Positions 40,390 through 53,559 of a stretch of DNA of 64,000 bases are shown piece after piece; position 1 is the first letter of the stretch, and each line of letters begins with the position of its first letter. Origin of the DNA: Eledone cirrhosa (taxonomy: Eukaryota). The position numbers and the translations under genes were made by a program. The stretch lies in NCBI GenBank assembly GCA_964016885.1, contig OZ024748.1:10912001-10976000 (forward strand), given 5' to 3'. The notes beneath the pieces were generated by a model that was given only the letters and a program-made list of their open reading frames with translations, was not told the DNA's origin and searched no databases.

Positions 40390-40770
40390 CCCCTTACATG
40401 GTGGACTGGGTGCTTTTTGTGGTGGTACCAGCACATCCACTCTACAGAGTGGACTGGGTGCTTTTTGTGGTGGTACCAGCACATCAACTCTACAGAGTGG
40501 ACTGGGTGCTTTTTGTGGTGGTACCAGCACATCCACTCTACAGAGTGGACTGGGTGCTTTTTGTGGTGGTACCAGCACATCCACTCTACAGAGTGGACTG
40601 GGTGCTTTTTGTGGTGGTACCAGCACATCCACTCTACAGAGTGGACTGGGTGCTTTTTGTGGTGGTACCAGCACAACCACCTTACAGAGTGGACTGGGTG
40701 CTTTTTGTGGTGGTACCAACACAACCACCTTACAGAGTGGACTGGGTGCTTTTTGTTGTGGTACGAGCAC
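40390..40770. repeat. 48-nt minisatellite, about 8 copies
   Basis: tctacagagtggactgggtgctttttgtggtggtaccagcacatccac; no unique spacers. Confidence 0.92.
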
Positions 40771-41080
40771 ATTACTGGTACTTTATTCTATGTACTAGCA
40801 CTTTTGATGAATTGTAGTGCACCTGAGCACTACACATAATAATAATAATTATTATTATTATTATAAAGGTGGTGGATTGGCAGAAATAGCCCTTTACATT
40901 CTGAGTTCAAATCCTGCCGAAGTTAACTTTACCTTTCATCCTTACGGGGGTCGATAAAATAAAGTACCAGTAATACACTGGGGTAATTGCTGGCCTTGTG
41001 CCAAAAGTAAAAACAATTATTATTATTATTATTGTAAATGAAGGAGGAAAATAATGTTTTTGATTAAGAAGACGACTTAC

Positions 41081-41160
41081 TACAGGACTCGGGAGTAATT
41101 TCAGTCACTTTCAGATGTTGATAGGTTTCAAGCCTTTTTCCACCATAGCTGCAGTGGCAT
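41081..41160 (-). CDS. G4 fourth coding exon (phase 2 to 1): (L)CHCSYGGKRLETYQHLKVTEITPESC(N), second half of a degenerate thyroglobulin-1 repeat
   Basis: tttatttctttttag acceptor, GTAAGT donor at 41080-41075; open only in the frame that joins both neighbours; CxC..G..L...C pattern. Confidence 0.8.
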
Positions 41161-41686
41161 CTAAAAAGAAATAAATATAAAACAAGAAATACTGAGAGTG
41201 GCATCAGAAAAGACATCCAACTATAGAAAACATTCCAAACAAAAGGTTGAGTGGACCCTTTACTTTTGTCAGAGGTTTAACAATCTCCCAAGATCTGGTC
41301 TCATGACAAAACACACCCAGCACACACTGTAAAGTGGCTGATTTTAGAAAAGGCCTCCAGCTGTAGAAAACTTGCCAAACAAAGGGTTGAGAGGACCCTT
41401 TACTTTTGTCAGAGGTTTAACAATCTCCCTAGAACTGGTCTCATAACAAATCACCCTCAGTACACTCTGTAAAGTGGTTGATTTTAGGAAAGGCCTCCAG
41501 CTATCCACTACCACCATTAGTGTCCTTATAATGTGATTTGAAAGAGATCTAGCTGATATTTCTAGCCAAATTGAACAACTACATAGATGGTTAGCTCTCC
41601 CCTCCACACAAACACACGCACACACACATTGGCTCACACAAGTGTTTTGTTAACAAAGAAAATGGCGTATATTCAAAGTTACGTAC

Positions 41687-41735
41687 AAATGGGCTTTACA
41701 TGTGATATGGTCAAAAGACTTCAGGAAACTGAAAT
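41687..41735 (-). CDS. G4 third coding exon (phase 1 to 2): (D)FSFLKSFDHITCKAH(L)
   Basis: tttacttatttttag acceptor, GTACGT donor at 41686-41681; supplies the required phase change. Confidence 0.7.
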
Positions 41736-42061
41736 CTAAAAATAAGTAAACAATAAAAAAATTAGTATATTCATTTATTTATTTATTGGAAAAATATTCA
41801 CAAATGGATGGGATAAAGTTGTATAGAATTATGATGGTGGTGATGGTGTTGGTTGCAGTGTTGGTAGTGATGGTGGTTGTGGTGGTGGTGATGGTGGTGG
41901 TGGTGATGGTGGTGGTGGTGATGGTGGTGGTGGTAGTGATGATGGTGATGATGGTGATGGTAATGGTGGTAGTGATAGTGATGATGGTGGTATGTAAAAC
42001 AAGTCAGTCTTGATAGAGCAATCCTAAGGTATGTAGGTAGTTAGTTGAAAGACTAGGTGTG

Positions 42062-42500
42062 ATGTACAGAGACAGTACTCCAGATGTACAGACACAGTAC
42101 TCCAGATGTACAGTTATAGTACTCCAGATGTATAGTTATAGTACTCCAAATGTAGTTATAGTACCCCAGATGTACAGTCATAGTACTCCAGATGCACAGT
42201 TATATTACTCCAGATGTACAGATACAGTACTCCAGATGTACAGTTATAGTACTCCAGATGCACAGTTATATTACTCCAGATGTACAGACACGGTACTCCA
42301 GATGTACAGTTATAGTACTCCAGATGTACAGTTACAGTACTCCAGATGTACAGTTATAGTACTACACATGTACAGTTATAGTTCTACACATGTACAGTTA
42401 TAGTACTCCAGACGCACAGTTATAGTACTCCAGATGCACAGTTATATTACTCTAGATGTACAGACATGGTACTCCAGATGTATTTACAATGCTCTTGATG
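42062..42500. repeat. 22-nt minisatellite (tacagttatagtactccagatg), about 19 copies
   Basis: Visible tandem units. Confidence 0.9.
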
Positions 42501-42670
42501 TACAGACACAGCACTCTCTGAAATATTATGTTGAAATATACTGGATAAAAACATTACTTTGTTTGGGTTTATTTGTCATCCTTTACCCTTTATATATTTC
42601 TACTACATTGTATCGGCTTTCTGAAAAGCTTATCAATCATTTAAAAGAGTAAAAAGTTTCCAAAACCTAC

Positions 42671-42775
42671 CACGTGTACATTTCTTGCTATATGGATTAC
42701 ACAGAAGCCCTGGCTCACATTCTGCTGGTGACTGCATAATTGTGTGAAATATAGAGATACAAATGGCATGCTCCT
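42671..42775 (-). CDS. G4 second coding exon (phase 1 to 1): (K)EHAICISIFHTIMQSPAECEPGLLCNPYSKKCTR(D), second half of the IGFBP-like domain
   Basis: cttttattttag acceptor, GTAGGT donor; C...C.PGL.C......C pattern completes 12 Cys. Confidence 0.85.
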
Positions 42776-42800
42776 CTAAAATAAAAGTACACAAGCTTAA

Positions 42801-43021
42801 CCCTTCAGCATTTAAACCGGCCATATCCGGCCAGAATTATCTCACCTCTTTCTGTTCAAACCAGTTGTAACCAGTCTCTTATACTGATGTTAAGGTATTG
42901 TTCTCAAAATAAATAATATCAAAATCTCATAGATTCGATATCATGCGAGATAATTATGTAAAGTAAAGCCTTTACTGTGAAAATATAATAGTAAATATAG
43001 AGTAATGTAAATGCTAAAGGG
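42801..43021 (+). mobile_element. piggyBac-type MITE with TTAA target duplication; copies at 44271-44492 and 50855-51076 (reverse)
   Basis: TTAA|CCCTTCAGCATTTA...TAAATGCTAAAGGG|TTAA. Confidence 0.85.
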
Positions 43022-43502
43022 TTAAAACATATATATTGTGAATTAGTGTTATCATAATGTTGACAAATTTTGAGCAATGAATTTTATGTTGCTCAACATT
43101 AAGCCTGCTCAGTCTTGTTCTAGACTTTGTACTTTCAGGGATATTTACATCTCAAATTATATCAAATTTTTAGAAACACCCTGTAGAATGCATAGCTTGG
43201 CGATCAGAGAATTGCTCCAGTTAGAACTGCTACTTCTCTGAATTGAGAGATCACAGCTCCGGTACTAGGGGCATGTGGTTAAAATGTCTTAGAAAAGAAT
43301 CGCTGGACAGATTTTACAGGCAAAACCAACTGGCAGTACAAGTGTAAACTCCAGTATTTATCTGGAGTACAAATGTAAACTCCAGCATTTATCAGGAATA
43401 CAAGTATAAACTCCAGTGTTTATCTGGAATACAAGTGTAAACTCTAACATTTATCTGGTATACAAGTCAATATATGATGTAAATTTAATGTGTAATACTT
43501 AC

Positions 43503-43668
43503 TCAAAATTGGAATGCAAATACTACAGCAACCACATTTTACTGTTTTCAGACAATCATCTATCAGTGGACATTCAGTGCAACCCAAGTTAGAGTCACAG
43601 TTGAAGACAAACCCAGCAGCCAACACAAGCAGTGCATTAAGGACTGAAGTAAATACTATGTTCTTCAT
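43503..43668 (-). CDS. G4 first coding exon: signal peptide + N-half of IGFBP-like domain; full model is a 195-aa secreted IGFBP-like / thyroglobulin type-1 protein
   Basis: MKNIVFTSVLNALLVLAAG-FVFNCDSNLGCTECPLIDDCLKTVKCGCCSICIPIL with CGCCxxC; phase-1 GTAAGT donor at 43502-43497. Model 43668-43503, 42775-42671, 41735-41687, 41160-41081, 39308-39121 = 588 nt with no internal stop. Confidence 0.88.
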
Positions 43669-44522
43669 ATTAATATCTCTGTCTTCTCACTGAAACTTAA
43701 CCAATGTCTGCAAATATAAACTTCCTTCTTGATCAGGATGTCATCTTATATGTTTGTATAATCCCATAACTACTGATAGAGTCATAGGGGCGCCACATTG
43801 ACATACGGAAAACTAAGGTCATTATTTTTTTAAAAACCTGACAGAGCCCATCTCCTCTCCAGGTCTGAATACAGCAAATTTCTTGCAGAGAAGAAAATGA
43901 GAAAATAGCAGTGAGAAAGATATATAGAGGAAGAATTGACCCCAGTATTAGACTGGAACTTTTTTTTTATCGACCTTGAATGGATAAAAAGCAAAGTTGA
44001 CCATGTCAGGATTTGAATTCAGAGAGCAGAGAGCTGGAAAGAATACCACAAAGCATTTTATCCAACATTCTAATGACTCTACCAATTCATTACCTTCCAT
44101 CTCATATAGCAATAAATGTAAAAAAAAAAAAAAAAAAAGTTAATCAAGACCAGATAGGAGAAACCCAATTAAATTATTTCCATCATTTACTTTTACCATG
44201 ATTCTTGGATATATTTTCTTTATTTCAGAAGAAACAGTTGGTATCTCACATTAAAAAAAACATGTTTTAACTCTTTAGCTTTTAAACCAGCTGTATCCGG
44301 TCAGAATTCTCTCACTCTTTTCTGTTCAAACTAGCAGTAACTGGCCGCTCATACTGATGTTAAGGTACTGTTTTCAAAATAAATAATAGCAAAATCTCAT
44401 AGATTTTGATGTTATGTTAGATAATTATATGAGGTAAAGCCTTTATAGTGAAAACACAATAGTAAATATAGAGTAATGTAAATGCTAAAAAGTTATGGGG
44501 TTTTCACCTGGCATTGATGGGA

Positions 44523-44566
<44 letters not shown>

Positions 44567-47500
44567 CACTCAGGCCACACACACATAGACATCATCATCA
44601 TGATCATTATTTTCCATGCTTGCATAGGTTAGATGTGCTGTCATGTACAGAGGCTTGACAGGTTGAGTGGTGGTACACTTGCATTTCTAGTTCCTACAGC
44701 TGGATGCCCCTCCTTACACCAACCACTTTAGCATGTAGTGAGAGCATTCTATTGTGACTCCAGGGTGAACTGGGTGCTTTTTTTTATCATTGCACCAACA
44801 CTATTGCTTCCCACACACACACATATCATCATCATCATTTTACATCCGCTTTTCCTTGCTTGCAAGAGTAGGACAGGTCCTCATCAGCACAGCATCTCTC
44901 CATTAATCATATATGTATATCATCATCATGTCTATCGTCCACACTAGCATGGGTTAGACCATTCTTGTGTGAAATGCCCGATTTACAAAGGATAAGCTCT
45001 GTGTCAACAATTCTTTAACTGCTTCTTACATTTGATGTAGGTGTTGAAGTAATCTACAAACCACTACTAGAAAAAATGAACAAATGCTATCAATATTGTG
45101 ATCCCCGCCCGCTAAAAAAAGCCCTTCTATGCTAAACCAGAGCTTGGATATTTAGAAGCCTAGCCTAGATTTACTACATACCCCTTCTTCTCCCAAAATA
45201 AAATAATTTCAACTTAGTTTTGGAAGGTGACAAACCTAGTTTTTGACATTTCTCATGTTGATCACAATAAGCCTACACTTTCCACTACACAGCTCTCATT
45301 CACCCATGCCAAATCATTTGATATGTTATAATACTATACGACCCCCTCCACTGCTACACATCAAAGATGTTTTAAAATATATTTATCATTCGCAGGAAAT
45401 TGTATATTTAATCTAATTATACAAATTTGTATAAAATGCATCATTCTAACACCGATCTGTCATTAGTAAAGATACTATAAACATTTGAATTATCAAGCCA
45501 CACGAAACTACATAAGCAAGATATTCTTTAAAAGTACAAAACATCACATTCAAAATTAAAGTCTTTACCGTAATACTGCATATTTTCATAATAATCTGGT
45601 CACTGATTAAGATGCTATAAACATTTGAATTGGCAAACATATTTTTAAATATTTTTTGTTCAATCATTACAGAATGTTAAGCCTTAAATGTTCGCATTTA
45701 ATTGAGATTTGTTTCAAATTCATTGAGAGTTGAACACAGAACGTAGAAGACCGGAAATAAACACTGAAAGATATTTTAGACGCTCAACAATTTTTGAACA
45801 TTACGACGCCACTATCGTCTGTTTAATAATAAAGTCATCTAACTAAATATATCGATAACAACAATTTTGGGGCAAGGGAAAGTCGATTAAATCGACCCCA
45901 GTGCGTTACTAGCACTTTATATTATCAACCCCTCAAGGATGAAAGGTAAACCTAACCTCGGCGGGATTTGAACTCTGAACGTAAAGGACCCAAATGATAT
46001 CATCCCATGATGATATTTGTTTTTGAAATGCGCATAATAAAATACATGGAACTCTTTTAACCATCTTTTGATTTTATATTATATATATATATTTAGAGAG
46101 GGAGAGAGACTGAGAGAGAGATACAATAGCATATTATGCTATTGTATCATTGACACAAGACCAGCAATATGAGAGAAAGCGAAAGTCGATTATATCGACC
46201 CTAGTATTTAACTGGTACTTCAGTGTTTATCGATCTCGGAAGGATGAAAGACAAAAATAACCTCAACTAGATTTGAACTCAGATCGTAGAAATTCGTTAT
46301 TAAATGCCGCAAAGCAAGCAATACTGCTAATCTATCGCTCCTCTCCACACAATAGCATAATGATTTCTGATTTAGGCAGAAAGCCAACAATTTTGGTGAA
46401 AAGGGAAAGTCCATTAAATCGACCCCAGTTCATTACTGGTACTTTAGTTTATCGACCACGTAAGAATGAAAGGCCAAGTTAATCTCGGCGCGATTTGAGC
46501 TCAGAACGTAAAGAGCTAAAACAAATACCGTTAAACGTGTCCGATGCTCTAACGCCTCTTCCAGCCACCTGCCCTACACATAACGGCATAATGTATGCAT
46601 GCATGGCCCCGTAACTCCTGGGAGTGGTAGGGGCGCCGTATTGACACAGCGTGTTTCTTGGGCATTTAAAAACCTGGCGGAGCCCATGTCCTCTTCAGGT
46701 CTAAATACAGCAGATTTCTTCCAGAGAAGGATAGAATGAAAGTGAAAAAAGATATAGAGGACGAATCGACCCTAGTATTTGACTGGTACTTTTTTTTATC
46801 GACCTCGAATGAATGAAAGCAAAGTTGACCTTAGAGGGATTTGAACCCAAAGAGCCGGAACGAATGCCTCAAAGTATTCTATCAGGCGTTCTAACAACTC
46901 TGCCAGTTCGCCGCCTTAACAGCATAAACATTATTTCTACTTTTGGCACAAGACCAGCAATTATTTCCAGTGTATTACTGGTACTTTATTTTATCGACCC
47001 CGTAAGGATGAAAGGCAAAGTTAACCTAGGCGGGATTTGAACTCAGACGGTAAAGGGCCGTAACTCTATACCGCAAAGCATGGCGTCCGACCCTCTACCG
47101 ATACTACCAACCCAAACATTCTCTACACCACCAACTACTTTTGTATATCTGCGGAAACCTGTGAATGTCAGGAGATCGATTATTGATTAAAATATATCAA
47201 CAACAGGAGGGTCGGGATTGACAAATGGGAACTTTGAAAAACTCATGGGATAAATGAGATATGAATATTAGTGTTTCTCTCTCTGTGTACAGTAAGATAT
47301 TTGTATTTATGTCAATGTGTGTGAGAGAGATATTATTTTCACAGTATTTAGCAACATATTTAAAAAAATATTTTTTCTGAAATAATTTTAATGCATTGCA
47401 TCAGTTATAGAACGAAAGTGAGAGATACTTCTCTTTCTCTTTTGGATTGGCAGTATCGGTGCCCTTATAACAGGACACTGGTACACCCTTGCCATTCTGA

Positions 47501-47648
47501 GTTCAAATCCCGCCGAGGTTAACTTTGCCTTTCATCCTTACGGGGTCGATAAAATAAAGTACCAGTAATGCACTGGGATAATTGCTGGCCTTGTGCCAAA
47601 TGTAGAAACAATTGTATATCGTCATAAATCTGTGACACTACATACATA

Positions 47649-47747
47649 CAGGGTGTCCCCAAAAATGTATACAAACTTTGATTACCTGTACAGACAATAT
47701 TTATTAGAATGCTATTGAAATGTGTATACATTTTTGGGGACACCCTG
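47649..47747. mobile_element. Tc1/mariner-type MITE; copies at ~29404-29505 and partial at ~20172 and ~14803
   Basis: TA|CAGGGTGTCCCCAAAAATGTATACA...TGTATACATTTTTGGGGACACCCTG|TA. Confidence 0.85.
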
Positions 47748-47967
47748 TAGATATATATATATATATATATGAAAGAAATATCGTTGTTTACAAAAACATT
47801 ATAAAAATTGGAAAGAGGTAGGTGGAGAAGTTAAACCAGCTCAAAATACAGAAAATTATTATAATAAACAGTACAAAAGGCTGTTTCATACTTCTTTAAA
47901 AGAACTTCAAACAAGGTTAAGGATTAAGAAGAACGAAAGCAAGAAAAATAACAATATTTCAACTTAC

Positions 47968-48020
47968 GACGGAATCCACCCCGTTTGTTGACAAACACTT
48001 CCACAAACTAACCGTGTGTA
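47968..48020 (-). other. Putative non-coding exon 1 of G4
   Basis: GTAAGTTGAAA donor at 47967-47962; GTTTGTTGACAAAC at 47983-47996. Confidence 0.55.
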
Positions 48021-51000
48021 TATGTGTGAGGGGGTACCTTGATAAATATCTGGTAGAAAGAGTATTCCCCAAACTCCCTTAAACCACACTTTAATGGATT
48101 ACAATAGAACACGTTGGGTGATGTGGTCTTGAGTGCTCTGCGCCTATGCGGAAAAAGAACGGGATGGTCATGGCTGCAATGCCGTTTATCATACGACTAC
48201 TTAACCAATATTGATCTTAACTCCAAATGCAACTGTTGTTTTTGTATGTTGTTTTTTTTTCTCACCTGTTAATTAGATTTTTAACGTAGCTTCTCTTTTT
48301 ATATACATTTTAATCCCGAGGAAAGCGAAGCGATAATTCTAGTTGATCTGCAATGTCTAAGGAAATCAATATATGGGTGATTGCTGTTCCGCTTGAAATT
48401 CTGTATAAGTGATTTAAGAAAATCGTAGACCAAGTGACAATAGTTCAAAAGTATAGCAACTTCGTGTGGAATGGAAATATCTTAGTAGAAAGAAGTGTTT
48501 AATACAGATTTAGGGAGGGTGGGGTGATGGCTCGTAGCTTAATAGGGTGTTCGGCTCATAATAGTAAAGTCATGAGACGGCGATTCCCGGCGGCACCGTT
48601 GTGTTCTTGAAAGCGAGCAAGACACTTTATTTCACGTTGCTTCAGTCCATTCAGCAGGCAAGAATGAGTTGTAATCTGTAATTGAAAGAGCCGCCAGCCT
48701 GTGTCACACAATGTTTTACGCTGTATCCCCCTGAGAACTCTCTAACGTAAAGGACTCTCGCGTGTCTCTGTGTGAACTGTTCTGTGAAAACCACTTAACT
48801 TTACTCGTTAATTTCGCGAGCAGGCTGTTTCGTTGATCAAACAACTGGAAGTCTAACGCACAATACTGAATTAGGATAATGAGAAATAATATGTATAATG
48901 AGAGATAATAAGTATAATGAGACGAACCGAGAAGAGGAAAGGAGAGGGGAGAAGGCGGTAGTGAATTGAATGAGTTTGTGTGTTGGTTGGTTGTTCACAA
49001 ACTGAATAATCCAGAAAAGCAGGAGTCACGTAGTAGTCAAAATAGGATAGCATTCAGATGGAACATGTTAGTTGGAGTGTACAGTTCTGGGACATCTAAG
49101 GGGGTGGGGTGCCTGCATATTGGGGAGACAGAGTGGGTGGTGAACGGGATGGGTGGTCGTGACAACTTTTCATCGACTGGTTCTAGCTATTACCGTTGTC
49201 ATTACGTACGTACGTACACACACACACACATATATGTGTGTGTATATATATATATATATATGTATTTTAGAACACTTGTGGGTAGCAGCTGCTTTGACTA
49301 ATATAGGTATATGCTAATTATAAATGTATGTATGCATATACGTGTGTCTGTATGTATATATACACACACACACACACTACACATATATATATATATGTAT
49401 GTATGTATAAGTAACCAATACTCTGGTATAGTGCGACAGCTGTTCAGAAGTAAAGAAAAGTCATTGCCATAGAAAATTTAATTTTATTGACTTTCATCAT
49501 CATCATCATCATCATCATCATTATTTTACGTCTGCTTTTCCCTGCTTGCAAGAGTAGGACGGGTTCTATTCAGCACAGTATCTCTCCACTTCTCACGGTC
49601 CTTTATAGAAAATATATAGCTGCCATGAGTGAGAAACAGGTCTTTGGACTAGCTAGAAACCACATCCAAGTCTCCTTAAAACCACACAATATTGTCTTTA
49701 AAATGGACACACTGGATAATATAGTTTGGAGTATTGAAGACAGGCACATCTGACCTGTCAAACCCAACCAAGCATGGAAAATAGACGTTAAAAGGTGATG
49801 ATGATTGCATGAAACTATGATATAATATGATAATTGTTTCTACTTTGGGCACAAGGCCAGCAATTAGACCAGTGCATTACTGGTACTTTATTTTATTGAC
49901 CCCATAAGGACGAAAGGCAAAGCTAACCGTGGCATTATTTGAACTCAGAACCTAAAAGGCCAAAACTCTATGCTGCAAAGCGTGGTGTCTGACGCTCTAC
50001 TGATACTGCCAATCCAACTATGATAATATAATAATAATTGTTTCTACAAATAATTGTTTCTACTTTAGGCACAAGGCCAGCAATTAACCAGTGCATTACT
50101 GGTACTTTATTTTATCGACCCCGTAAGGATGAAAGGCAAAGTCAACCTCGGCAGGATTTGAACTCAGATCGTAAAGAGACGTAACTATGCTGGAAAGCAT
50201 GGTGTCCGACCCTCTACCGATACTGCCAGTGCTCAGGTGCACTACAATGAAAGAGTTAAACCAATGATCAACAAACTACGGCCTCTGGCGCCCACACTTC
50301 ATGGAATATGAGACGTTATTTACCAAAACCTTTGTGCGCCTTATCTACTTTTATTTAGTACAATCTTTGTTACTTTCACTGTTTCATTCCTTTCAAAAAT
50401 TCTTCATTATTAAAAAAAAAAAAGATTTGAAAATAACAGGCAATGTTTTTCATTAGAAATATGGTGGTAAGTTTTGTCAGTTCTGACAATGAGCTTTCCA
50501 GTTGATCAATGGAACAGCCAACTAGCCAGCTTGTGAAATTAACAAGCTAGTGGCTGAAAATTCCACAAACGTGTATCCTTAATGTAGTTTTCAGGGTGAT
50601 TCTGCATGATATAGGGCGTCGCAAGGCTTGTTGATTGAATTACAGGTACAATTAATTCATTTTTGCCATTGAGTAAACTGAAGCAAAATGAAATGAAGTG
50701 TTTTGCTTTAGGATACCTCTGGTAATCGAACTCACATGCTTACAATCCTGAGCTGAACATCCTAACCACTTAGCCACATACTTGTACATGTGTAAAACAG
50801 TGTCATCATCAATTTATGTTTGCTTTCCATGCTGATATAGGTTGGATGTCTTAACCCTTTAACATTTACATTATTCTATATATATACTATTATATTTTCA
50901 CAGTAAAGGCTTTACCTTATATAATTATCTCACATAATATCGAATCTATGAGATTTTGATATTATTTATTTTGGGAACAATACTTTAACATCAGTATGAG

Positions 51001-51979
51001 TGGCCAGTTATGATTAGTTTGAACAAAAAGAGGTGAGAGAATTCTGGCCGATATGGCCGGTTTAAATGCTGAAGGGTCTAACACAAGACTGATAAGTGAA
51101 ACATGTTTTAACTCTCATGTTACATATTTGGTAAGTCTCTATGGCTGGATGACCTCCCTAACACAAACCACTTTGTAAAAGTGTCTGTCAAACTAAGAAA
51201 TGGTTTTTGGTGTTTAAAAAAAAAAAAGAAAACCAAAAACAAAACAAAAATAAGAAAAACACAAGCAACAAAGAAAAAAAAAAGACAAATGTTTATAAAA
51301 AGGAAATAATGCATTTATTTAACTGTTTTACATTTAATGGAATGACAAGGGGTGGGGGGAGCAGAGAAGTAATTTGCTTATTTACAATAAGAGCAAAAAA
51401 AAAAAAAAAAAAGGAAAAAAAATTGTTGTTTTGTCAGTCCAATATAGCAGTTGCAGCAACAGTAGTAGTAGTAGTATCTGCAATGTCCACTGCAGTTGTA
51501 ATATGTTACTGATGCTTCAAATAATAAGTGACCCATTAGTCGGAGATAATGGAGAGAGAGAGAGAGAGAGAAGAAAAAAAGGGGGGGGGGGGATTAATGG
51601 GCCACAAGTGGCACCCCTCCACTGCCCTGTACAACAGAGGAGGAAGGGTAGTAGGGAGAGTTGAGAATGTGTTTGCAACAGTGTCGCAGCAGCAACAACA
51701 ATAGCAAACCTCAGTTCGTTTTATGCAAGGTTCACAATTTTATGAGAACCAAATAGCATTTTGTCTTTTAGAGTTTTTTGGGTTTTTTTTTTTTCATTTA
51801 TTTCATGAGATGAATTATTTTTATTTCATTGAGATGGGAAATAAGACAACACACACACATGTATATATATTTTATACACACACGCACACAAATGCACATA
51901 TATTCATACACACATTTTATATATTATTTGCACACACGCACATATATATATATATATAAATATATATATATACATCATT

Positions 51980-52014
<35 letters not shown>

Positions 52015-52143
52015 TATACGTACACACGCATAGCCACTACTGACACACAATTCTACATTCATACAAGAAAATAGAGATTTTTTTTTTAATTGTTTGTATT
52101 TTTTTTGTTTTGTTTTGTTTTGTTTTAAATACATTATGAAAAG

Positions 52144-52175
<32 letters not shown>

Positions 52176-52517
52176 CATACATATGCATATATATATATAA
52201 GGATGTAAGAAGATTGGCGTAACTGTTATTTTGTTTTTTTTTTGCATGGGTTAGAGTCTTGGCTTTTGTTCCAGCAGCTGTCCATGTTCCACAAATTAAT
52301 TCTCCTGCACACATTTATGGAAGTTCCTAGTGAAAGTATTGCAGATGAAACAAAGATGTCAGATTCCTCTATGGTGCCATTTTGGTGAAGAAAAAAAAAA
52401 CTATATTATAGAGTTGGTTTTCTCTTCTCCCCTCCATAAAGGAAGAAGAAGTTCTCTGCAAGAAACTTGTGTAAATGTGGCCTAAGCTTATAACAATTTT
52501 GCTTTCTTTAAAAGTAG

Positions 52518-52929
52518 CATATATATATATGTATGTGTGTGTGTGTATGTGTATGTATGTATGTATATATGTATACACACACATATATATATATGTGTGT
52601 GTGTGTGTATGTGTATATATATATGTGTGTATATATGTAGATGTATATATATATATATATACATATATATACATGTGTATATATATGTAGATGTATATAT
52701 ATATATATACATCTACATATACATATGTATATATAGATATATATGCGCGCGTGTGTATATATATATGTGTATGTATATATATATATATGTGTATGTGTAT
52801 GTATATATATATATATGTGTATGTATATATATATATATGTGTATGTATATATATATATATGTGTATGTATATATATATGTGTATGTATATATATATGTGT
52901 ATGTATATATATATGTGTATGTATGTATG

Positions 52930-52982
<53 letters not shown>
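52518..52982. repeat. (TA)n/(TG)n compound microsatellite
   Basis: Simple repeats. Confidence 0.95.
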
Positions 52983-52985
<3 letters not shown>

Positions 52986-53133
52986 TACATACAATCAAGT
53001 TTGACAAGAGGATTTAAAAGTACAGTCAGCAATTAAAAAGAACATATACATGGATGGTATAATCCATAGGGGAAAGTCCAATGAATTGAATGAAAGCAAC
53101 TTCACAGAGCATTAGTAGTTTCAATTAAACATC

Positions 53134-53190
<57 letters not shown>

Positions 53191-53559
53191 GTAGCTTTTG
53201 ATTAGTGCTAACTTATATTACAAGTTGCAGGGAAGGTAGCCTGTCCAGGAGAGGAGTCACTTCAAATAAATAAGACTGCACATGGTAGATGTGGGCTCCG
53301 TAAGCCACGGAGAAGGCAGCCCCTCTAGGAGAGCAGTCACTCTGAATAAATAAGAGTGCAGTCACTCTGAATTAAAACTGACACAGGGTAGAGGAGACTC
53401 TTCGCTCCTGTCAGACAACCTCTCTAGTGCTGGTGGCTTGATAAAATACACTCAGCCCACATTGTAAAGTGGTTGGTGGTAGGAAGGGCATCCAGCTAGA
53501 TGAACCCTGCCAAAAACTACGGAAAGTACAATATATAAGATTTACACTAATTGCATATA

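Noticed and set aside
40390-42500. 48-nt and 22-nt arrays as CRISPR or as repeat proteins
   Set aside because: No unique spacers, no cas genes, eukaryotic context; several frames are open only because of the repeat period.
41081-43503. Simpler models splicing the signal exon directly to the phase 2 to 1 exon (G4 ...ILNATAAMVEKGLKPINI*, G1 ...ALYVKLIQE*)
   Set aside because: Intervening exons with good splice sites restore a fully open, Cys-patterned frame. The short forms remain possible only as minor isoforms.
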